From Chrysomallon squamiferum (taxonomy: Eukaryota; Animalia; Mollusca), in assembly GCA_012295275.1 (NCBI GenBank), contig CM022679.1, forward strand, positions 26,784,001-26,848,000: a DNA stretch of 64,000 nt, written 5' to 3'. The translations under genes were made by a program, and so were the position numbers. Below, piece after piece: positions 1 through 9,302 of the stretch (positions are counted from its first letter, which is position 1; the number at the start of each line of letters is the position of its first letter). The notes under the pieces are model-generated. The model saw only the letters and a list, made by a program, of their open reading frames with translations. It was not told the DNA's origin and did not search any database.

Positions 1-378
1 GAATCTAGCAGTTACATTTACTGTGTTGACAAATAAAATAAATTTCAGTAGTTGTTAGTTTAATTAAATTTTTTATAAGCATCTACAGATAGGATTCCAG
101 TCATGATCTTTATTCAAGCCAGGCCTTAATAGATGGAATCCATCCACTCCCAAAAATGTCACTTAGGTGCAGAGAAGAAAATGTTTATCTTTAATTTTAA
201 AATATTTATTTTTAATTCTTAAAATGTTTTATTTTAGATATATGTAGAATAAAATGCAAACTAAAGCATTTTCAACTGTTTAAACAGCTAGAACACTTTC
301 TAACAAGATGCTGTGGCATGATTATTCCTTTACATGTATTAATCATTTGATGGTAAAGAAACAGTTCTATTCTTTCAG

Positions 379-543
379 GCAGTACATTTTAATGTATCCA
401 TATATGATGAATGAAGATCTTGATACCCGTTTAAAACATGTGTGGGATAAAAAAGCTTTGTTATTGTTGGACGATTGTATTCGCATTGTGTACCAGGTGT
501 CTGTTGGGTTAAAGTTCTTGCACCAAGATGATGGACATAACAG
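379..543 (+). CDS. Gene A kinase exon, subdomains V-VIa (hinge, alphaE)
   Basis: tctttcag|g...aacag|gtatgg, 165 nt, phase 2-2; QYILMYPYMMNEDLDTRL...IRIVYQVSVGLKFLH, with the Tyr gatekeeper typical of IRAK/Pelle/RLK kinases. Confidence 0.9.
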
Positions 544-3500
544 GTATGGAATTAACATGATCAGTACAAGGAAGAAAACAACTACAGTTAATTTATGCAT
601 CTTCATTTTAGTTAAATAGCTTGCTTTAAGTGAATGTGTTGATAGATAGATACATTTGCACATGTACAATTGCAAGGCCATACATATCTTTATATATATA
701 TATTGCAGGATAGATGATTTTAGAGTTTGTGTCTAAAACAGATGCTAGTTCTTAGTTTGATATGTATGTAATATGAAATATGGTTAAGTCAGAACACATC
801 TTGTATATCACAAATAATTAATCTGTCCATTGCTTTAGCTGTGGAATTTTAACATGAATATTTCCATGACATTTGTTTTTCTGTCTCCCACAGAATAGAG
901 ATCATACACAGAGATGTGAAAGCTTCAAATATTTTGCTTGATGACATGCTGAATGCTCGACTCAGTGATCCAGGAATAGCAAGAGAGCTTGGTGGTCAGA
1001 CACATGTGACAATCACAAGTCCGATGGGCACTCCAGGATATGTTGATCCTGATGTTTTAAATTCAGGAGAGTTTAGACCAATAAACGATGTGTTTGGTCT
1101 TGGAGTGGGTGAGTGACCTGAAATATTATTCACCAACACACACATACACACATTCCATTACAACAGGCATGCCTTAACACAAATATATATGTATATAAAT
1201 ATACATATACACATAATACCTACATAAACACACACTGACACACACACACAAACACTCATACGCACATATACGCATTCACACACAGTTGAGAAAGCCTGTA
1301 TGCTGGAGTATTAACATTTTATTATGTGATGTTTAGATACAAACACACACCAATTTTTTGTACAAATACAAACAGATGCTATTCTATTCACATTACAATA
1401 TTAAGTACCAGTAGGAGACATATCATCTTTAATCACAATGTTTTCCACTTTATATAGATATAGATATATATATATTTTTTTAATTTTTTTTTTCTCCTAT
1501 CTGACATGTTATTTTAAATTTCTCTTCCTGCTTAATTTAAGCATTCCTCAAGTTTAAGTCTCCATTTTGTTTTCTCGTCAAACTCAGATTTAATATATTT
1601 TTATAACCATTTCACAGGTTATATTTTCATTACTGCTAAGTTTCTGTTTTCATGTTATTGCAGCCATATACTATTTGAAATCACTTATATCTATAAGAAA
1701 TGCCCTGACAAACTGCTGACATCTCTTGTGAGGTCTGCATCAGTGTTTTGTTTCTGCCAACACTGAACAACATGCAGCAGATTGATTTTTCAGTCAGAGG
1801 GTAACATTCTATTTCAGCCCCTTTTGTTGTCTGCAACGGTTCAAGTTTTTGCATGCACTTGTTATTTTTGTATTTTCTCACAATCAGTATTGAGTTCTTT
1901 GACTGTTCAGATTGTTGAAGTACATACCATGTAATGGTAGAACACTGTTTTCAGTTATTATGGCCATAATGAAATTGTTGTGACTCAATTGATTACAATT
2001 TAGCCGAGACTTAAAATACATACACAGCAACAGTAACAGTTTGGACTCTTGTTATTTTTTTTAAGCTTATATCGTGTGTGTGTGTGTGTTACGATGATTT
2101 GACTTAAATTATGCTTTTTGAATTAGGTCATATTTATAAACTAACTACAATAAATTTAATAACAACAATCTTCACCATTTCTACGAGCAACATTGGTTGG
2201 ATATAAAATAGGACATGGAATATAAATAAAATGAATATAAAAGATAATGACTTGAAAGTTATTTTGTTTATTCTAAATTATAAAAATCTATACAAGTTTA
2301 GTCCACTGTAATGACAGTCTATGAATAAGTCAAATTGATTTTATATTCCTGAATTAGTACTGAGTTATTTTAGTTTGTGTGTTTTGTGGAACAAATATAT
2401 CACTGATTTTTAGGGGTTTTATAGTTCGAATTTTAAGAATGTATACTAGTATTTCAAGTCTCTGAACACACCAAACTGATTTATAGTCTTGTTTTTTACG
2501 TTGTTGTTGTTGATTGTTTGTTGTTTTCTTTTGCTGTTGGTAGTGATAATATAACAAGAAATTATTTAACCATATTGAAGAAATGTGCTGTATTTCATCT
2601 GTTTGTTATGTTTTCAAATTGTTTGTTCTTTTGTGAAGTCTGTTGACTGTTTTGTGGAATTGTTTATTCATTTGTCAAATGTGTTCAATGTTTTATGCAA
2701 TTATTTGTTCTTTTCTGGCATGATCACTGCATTGTGGAATTTTTCACAATTTAATGTCTGTTCACATTTACAATTTAAGTTACTGAGCAGAAACTTATAT
2801 ATTATGTTATTAATATCTGTGTAATATATTACTACATTTCAGTTATGTTGCAACTGCTTTTAAATAAGCCAGCACAGATTGAAGTGGAAGAAAAAGGCAA
2901 GACAAAGAAGAAGAATTTACACCAAATGTGTAGAAAAAGAACTGAAAAAGACATTCTCAAAGAAGTAAGAAAATTTTAGTATACTTTTCTTTTATTACAA
3001 ACAAGTTGATTTGTTTCCATTCAGATATCTAATAAAAAAACACCTTTTTGTATGAGTCATGTCCTGTAAAGAATGTTTCAGTGTTAAAATTAAGGTTCGG
3101 TTTGTTTCACATTCACATTCGCTTGACCTTTGCAGTAGCCTGGGGAGTTTTTGGCTACTGGTATATCTTTCAGGAGGCTGAGAGAAAGGAAAGGTTTTTG
3201 TCTTTTTTGTGATACAGTTGCTGAAATTGTGTTTTCTTGTGTAAAGCTGTTGTGTGAATTCTTCCCAAATTCTCAGCAAAATTTTTGAAGAGTCTGAAGA
3301 GGCACTGACCAGCATATGTTGTTATTTCACCATTGGTAATAGTTAAAATCAAGGACTTAGACCTTTCAGAGTGCGAAAGTCGTGCCATCCAATATACCAT
3401 AGCTAATGTTATGATGATTTCTCTCTGGTCACTGGATAGTTGAATGAAAAAGAATCACTTGTTATGAACGCTGATGTGATCCTAGTTAAAAACAAAAGCA

Positions 3501-4725
3501 AACGATGGAAAGCTGAAAACCTAGTTCTGTAGCAGTTGTTAAAGTTACACTAAATATCAGTAATAAAATGTACTCAGATGCCATTCATCAGTATTTCATA
3601 TGTTTGTATATTTCACTTTTTCTATATTTTTTCTTTTTTTCAGGCTAAAGAACAACACAAAGATTGGCCAGAAGAATTATTAAAGAAATTTGTCAACTTA
3701 GCTTGCCAGGCAATAGCTGTTGCTGATGATCGAATTACTCTTGATATTCTCTCTAAACAGCTGCATGTGAGTTGGTCTGCAGATATAATTATCAGATTGA
3801 ATTCCTTTAAGCATTGTTGATTTGAGAAAACTGAAATTAGACTGATTTCATTTCCAATTAGTTGGAAATATGTTAATAATTTATTCCCCAGTCAAACTCT
3901 AGGAAGCCAAAAGAAAAGAACATTGTTAAAATAACCAAAAACCTTTTCATAATATCGTTTCTGTCCTCTCTAACACTGGTTTTTATTTATTTTTTATTTT
4001 TTTATTTTAATATTATTTAATTTTTTATTATTGTTATTGTTATTATTATTATTATTATATGTCAATGAAGGGACATATCATTAATTGTAATATATTTGTA
4101 TTGCTTTCAGTTCAAAATTTGTTTTCATTCTTTTACTATTTTTGTAACTGGGAGAGAAGGAATCTATAGTAAATCTTATTGCTTGTGAAATATTTATTTT
4201 AATTTTTAACAATTTGATTTATTTTTAAACAGGAACTTCTCATTAGTGCCAGTGCTGAATTGTGGAAATGTCCTTACAGTTGACAATGTGTGTGTCTTGT
4301 TTTGGCCAACCAATAGGTTAGTTTTATCTTATCCAAGAATTGTTGATATCACTTTAAACTACTGTTTTAGGATTGTTAAGATATTTGCAACAATTTGATG
4401 TCAGATGATTTTTTCAAAAAGATTAAGTTTTTGAAATTTGGCAGCTGTTCAGTATATAGATAGACAGATATATATATATTTTATTATTTCAGTGAAGCTG
4501 AAGCCACTTTCTCCAAACTGCAATGAAAACTGCACTCGCTTTTGCGTGGATTGTCTTTCCAGAAGCCAAGAAAACCCACTGTTCTGTCCACAGCATGGGG
4601 AATGTCAACCACCAATTGGTAAATACCTTAGTATTTTCTCTGTGATGTCAGTAACATTTGTAATCAGTGTTAACTTTAGAAATTACATTGTCAGTAGATT
4701 CACTTTAAATATTGTTATCTTAGCT

Positions 4726-4775
<50 letters not shown>

Positions 4776-6345
4776 GGAGTCTGTGGAATCTGACCTTTGA
4801 CTAACCCAGATTTCTGTGAAACACAGCACCATTTCAAAGTCCCATCCAGATATTGTCAATCTGTTATGTCTAATCTGGATGCTGTCTACTGTGAATTTCG
4901 GATGTAAGTTCCAGAACAAAAGAATAAGTTGTATAGTAATCAGTTTTGCCAACATCAGCATGCAATTTTTGAACAAATACGGCAGTTTGCACATTTAATA
5001 AACAATGATGTACTTTTTGTAATTACTATAGGCATCTAAAAGAACAAAATAATTATTACTGTGTTGATACCTAAGTGAATTCAGATTTAGATTTAGGGTC
5101 AAAATACCTATGCTGCACATTTTGCATTGTCTTACTCAATTCTTCATAATGGCAGAGTGAACTAAAAATTGGCAATGTATTGAACTTTCTAAACCAAAAT
5201 TAATAGAAGTTTTAGCTATGCAGGGTTCTTGCTAGGCTAGAAAAACAGGGAGAAGTGAGGTTTTGTATAGGTCAAATGAAACAATATGACAAAACCAAAC
5301 CATTGTCACAAAACTAAAATTAAACATGTATATGTGTATATTGATATTCCACTTCTGATAAAACACGGTTTTCAGCAAGGTATTTTTTATACAGACATTA
5401 ATAATAAAATTATTTAATAAAAGGTTTATTCTTACATTTGTTTAGAATTACATGCAGTCTGCTCTGTTCGGTATTGGACCTCTAGTTATGTTAGTTTGTT
5501 AATTTTAATCTTTTCTGTACATGTAATTCTGTACAGTCAGTGATCCAGTTCACCTCAGTTAATTTAATTGTATTCAAGTTAAAAGAACTGTGTTTATCAT
5601 CAGCCTCTAATCACAACAGTAAACAAGGCATTTTTTGTAGCTATTCAGACAGTTGGTCACATGATTCACTAATACATATAATTTGATGGAAATAATGGAA
5701 ATCTGCAGGTTGACAGCAAAATGTGTGTCAATACTTTTTAACTTCCAAGTGATATAAATAAATAAAGAAAGAAAGAAAAAAGAAAGAAAACAAATTAAAA
5801 CAAAAAAAATGTAGAAAGCAAAAATGGAAATTTAAACTTTGCTGTTGGTTTAAAGTAAGGCAAAGTTTAGTACAAAAGGATAAGTATTTTGCCCATTTTG
5901 CCCCCTCACATGAACCCTGACTACACAATTTAAAATATGAAGACAAACAATATCTTAAAATTTAGTGACCATTATCAGCAAGTGTATGAAACCAACTTTT
6001 CAGCAGAGAATAACAACCAGAAAAATATAAGATTAGAATGGATTGAAGATAAACACTATCACTGATCTTTCATATACAGATGTTCTTAAAGACAAAAATC
6101 AAATTAAATCCACTGGCAGACTTTGTCACCCATGTTAAACATGGAGGCCATGATACAGTGGTTGGCTTTGAGAGAAATATGAAATACTGTGATAACTAAC
6201 GGATTATTTTCAGTCAACCTTTGATAGATGTTTAACTGTAGCATTTATAATAAAATATATTCCAATTTAATTTTTAATCTTTATAAACAAGCAGTCTATC
6301 TAAACAGCTTGTGCCATTGGTCCCAAGTGAATCTGATTTTGACAG

Positions 6346-6397
<52 letters not shown>

Positions 6398-8295
6398 TGC
6401 CAGTGTATATATACATACATACTTAGAGATGTAGACACACAGACACACACACCCCATATACACATACAGTTATGCATACATATATACATACATATTAAGA
6501 GACATATCCACACACACACACACACACACACATACTCGCACAGATCTACAGTAAAAGGAACGTCACAACAACGTGGGATGAAAATGGTTATGAATAATAA
6601 TCATAAAAATTGTTTATGTGGAAAATTTACTGAAGTACATACTATGCTGATCCATTTTATTTTGTGCTATGAATTACAGACTTGTAACTCATTAGTTTAC
6701 ATCGTATAACTGTTCTTTCATAATCTTGTGTGCCTGTCATTCAGTAGCCATTGCCTTCACCTGATTTCATTATGAAACTAAAATGATTTCACTTCAGGTC
6801 ACAATAACATATTTGTCCTGATGGTTTCTGGAATTGGTAAAAATCCAAAGGAGAAAATTATACTTAATTCTGATATTGATAGAATGAAAGAAATTCTGGA
6901 GGATAAACATATCATTGGTGTCAGGTAAACTTTCTTTTTATTATTGCTACTGCTTATCCAAAATCCTTGGTCACAAACCAAATCATAATGACAGTGTTCA
7001 TTCGTTACACTTCATGAATTTGCAAATCAGTTACTGGTTTCCCTTTACTAGGTTAAAAATAAAATAATCTACAAAGAAATGTAATGTGTAAGCATAAAAC
7101 AGCACATAATTGTGGTTGATTCGTTATGCACTTCTAAACTAAGAAAAACTGCCCAAAATTTGCAATGTTCTCTAGTCAAATAAAAACATTTAGAAATGGG
7201 TTTAGAGATATTTTATAGTTGTGGGTTTAGATAGATGTATCAGTGATATTAAATGCACATTACTGCACAATATAAATAAATATACTAATATATTTAATTA
7301 ATAAATTGTAAACATGTTTGACTTTTATCAAGTCAGATAACAAAATTGATAAATGGTATATTATTATTAAATAAACTCTTAATGTTTTATCACTGGGCAG
7401 TTTCTGTTAATAATGGACGCACATTTTTGATTTGCAGTTACTTGTATGCATTCATTAATCTGTAATAAAAATAATAATCAGTTTGTTAAAGAGAGCATTT
7501 GTCACATCATAAACACTTTCATTTGTTCAGTAAGAACTTTTTCATTTTTTGCTATTTTAGTCTGAATTAGTTGTTTATCATATATATTTTTATTATTTCC
7601 TTGTTTTTAAAAACTTTTTCAGTCCTGATAATATAACAGTGATCAGTGAAAAGGCTGATAAAAACAGTATTTTAAGTGCTGTTGATGAGATAAAGGAAAA
7701 AGTGGAAGGCCGGTTTGAAAGTCTTTTCATATTTTACTATACCGGACACCACAATATGGAAAGGGAATTTTTAACTGACGAACAGAAAAAATATCATCTA
7801 AAAGAAGAGGAACTGAAAGATCATTTCCGACAACTGAATGCCACATACATGTTGTTCATACTGGACACTTGTTATAGTGGGGGTGCTGACATTGGTGCAA
7901 AGGGTGATTATCAAGACTACTCACCTCCCTGCCTTTGGGATGTTTTTGAGTCTGATTTGCAGGCAAAAGGAGAAAAGTCTGTCTGTGTTGTTCAATGGTC
8001 TTCATCAGCTGAAAACCAGGCGTCTTATTATGAAGGAGACCAGAGTGCTTTTACCTATGCAATCATCAGTCAGCTGAAAAATGAATGTGTCATTTCTTGT
8101 AAAGACTGTTTTTACTGTAATGGTTTTCACAAAAGTGCAAAACACAAGGGCTATATTGACCTTAAAGAACTACATGACTCTGTTGAGTATCATGTTAGGA
8201 AAATTAAGAGTGGAAAACAGCTACCAAAACTACATAAAAAACCAGAAGATGCATTTATCCCACCATTTGCATATTATGTTCATAAAGATATGTAA
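379..8295 (+). CDS. Gene A (5' truncated by window): IRAK/Pelle-like kinase C-terminal half + RING-like finger + metacaspase/paracaspase-like C14 protease
   Basis: GT-AG exons 379-543, 894-1108, 2843-2964, 3644-3766, 4233(or 4280)-4316, 4493-4618, 6798-6924, 7623-8295(TAA). Phases are compatible throughout if the 4280 acceptor is used; the 4233 acceptor gives an early stop. Motifs: LMYPYM, IIHRDVKASNILLD, SDPGIAR, GTPGYVDPD, DVFGLGVVMLQLL, CxxC...CxxxCxxxCxxC...CPxH, FYYTGH, ILDTCYSG. Confidence 0.85.
894..1108 (+). CDS. Gene A kinase exon, catalytic loop to subdomain IX
   Basis: ccacag|a...gtgg|gtgagt, 215 nt; IIHRDVKASNILLDDMLNARLSDPGIARELGGQTHVTITSPMGTPGYVDPD...NDVFGLGV. Confidence 0.93.
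2843..2964 (+). CDS. Gene A kinase exon, subdomain IX-X
   Basis: tttcag|tt...gaa|gtaaga; continues DVFGLGV as VMLQLLLNKPA, matching the DVFSFGVVLLELLTGKPA consensus. Confidence 0.85.
3644..3766 (+). CDS. Gene A kinase exon, subdomain XI
   Basis: ttttcag|gct...cat|gtgagt, 123 nt, phase 0-0; DWPEELLKKFVNLACQAIAVADDRIT resembles the Pelle/RLK WP...LA..C......RP segment. Confidence 0.85.
4233..4316 (+). CDS. Gene A linker exon carrying the first CxxC of the RING-like finger (frameshifted from the 4233 acceptor, in frame from the 4280 acceptor)
   Basis: aaacag|gaa at 4232 gives ELLISASAELWKCPYS*; ccttacag|ttg at 4279 gives LTMCVSCFGQPI in phase with the next exon; donor g|gttagt at 4317. Confidence 0.65.
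4493..4618 (+). CDS. Gene A RING-like Cys/His zinc-finger exon
   Basis: tttcag|tg...attg|gtaaat, 126 nt, phase 1-1; KLKPLSPNCNENCTRFCVDCLSRSQENPLFCPQHGECQPPI. Confidence 0.8.
6798..6924 (+). CDS. Gene A C14 protease domain, first strand and helix
   Basis: cttcag|gt...gtcag|gtaaac, 127 nt, phase 1-2; NIFVLMVSGIG...LNSDIDRMKEIL matches the metacaspase ALLIGI...ND(A/V)xxM motif. Confidence 0.8.
7623..8295 (+). CDS. Gene A terminal exon: metacaspase/paracaspase-like peptidase C14 catalytic core
   Basis: ttttcag|t acceptor in phase with the previous exon; contains the 218-aa ORF. LFIFYYTGH (His codon 7747-7749), MLFILDTCYSG (Cys codon 7870-7872), VQWSSSAENQASY, SAFTYAI, IDLKELHDSVEYHV...QLP. AATAAA at 8321. 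Confidence 0.88.
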
Positions 8296-8349
8296 TTTCC
8301 TGCTAATATTAAAAAAAAAAAATAAATAAAATAAAACATTTTCAGTCAA

Positions 8350-9265
8350 TATGACAGGTGACATTTTACCATCCCCTAGAAATACATCATTATAATAAAA
8401 CAGTTATGTTCATAAAGATATATAATTACCTGCCGATTTAAAAAAATTAATAAATAAATAAGAATAAAATTGTGGAAGCAGCTTCTACATAACTGTTTTA
8501 TTAATATAATGATGTTGAAAGAGAAAATAAGCAGCTTTCCAGCTCCAAGAGCTAGTGTATCAGTTAGTAGCAGAAAGATTCTTCAATCAAACAAGAAAGT
8601 ATAAACCACTACTTTTTAAAAACCGAACACGAGAGGTTCAGTGTATGGCTAAAGTGCAACAAATTACAGATGAACATGCTAGTGACATCTTTATCAACCC
8701 ACCCTTTTTTCCAGATCCAGGTTTATTAAAGGATAAGCAGTTGAAAGCAGTATCATTAATATTATTATTATTATTATTATTATATGTAGATTTTCTCTAT
8801 TTGTTTTTTAATTACAGCAAATTAATATTTGTAAATAAAAGAAATAATTTACCAAAGATGAAGCATATAAGTGTTGCATATTAATCTTCCATTATCAGTA
8901 TGAGTATACTAAATTTTCTAATCGGTATTTGTGATAATTTTATATATATTGTTTTTTTTTAATCATTAAAAATTCAATTTTATAACAATAATAATATCTA
9001 TATATTTTAATAAAATATTTCTTTCGGATGTTTTTTGTTCTTTTTATGCTTTTCATTATTTTGTTTGTTAATTAAAACAAAGATAGCTAAGATGAATAAC
9101 ATTTGAACAATACAAGTCTGAGCAACTAAGTATGTTATATCCCATGTTTCTAAAGCACAGGCACAGCTGGAGACCAACTTGAAAAAGAACTGAAGAGAAT
9201 AAGGGGAAAAAAATGATTGTACATTTTCCTTATAAATAATTTTTATTTTATTATATTATTATTAT

Positions 9266-9302
<37 letters not shown>

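Noticed and set aside
367-681. Minus-strand ORFs opposite kinase exons (also 38381-38596, 34383-34583, 36422-36697, 33025-33342)
   Set aside because: Antisense shadows of real + strand exons.
5221-5919. Possible hAT element with CAGGGTTC...GAACCCTG ends in a gene A intron
   Set aside because: Only an 8-bp inverted match, no target-site duplication and no empty site available for comparison.
6228-6709. ORFs rich in HT/CV repeats (also at 4725, 16478, 22075-22799, 39160-39583)
   Set aside because: They are translations of (CA)n/(TA)n microsatellites with no splice or domain support.
7639-8295. Stand-alone bacterial caspase-like gene or contamination
   Set aside because: The ORF-track start is a GTG inside an exon with an in-phase acceptor at 7622, and the domain's first strand and helix lie in upstream exon 6798-6924; it is part of a spliced gene.
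8555-8884. 109-aa ORF after gene A
   Set aside because: Non-ATG start, runs through a (TTA)n repeat, and the frame is not kept in the duplicate at ~11220-11540; probably 3' UTR or flank.
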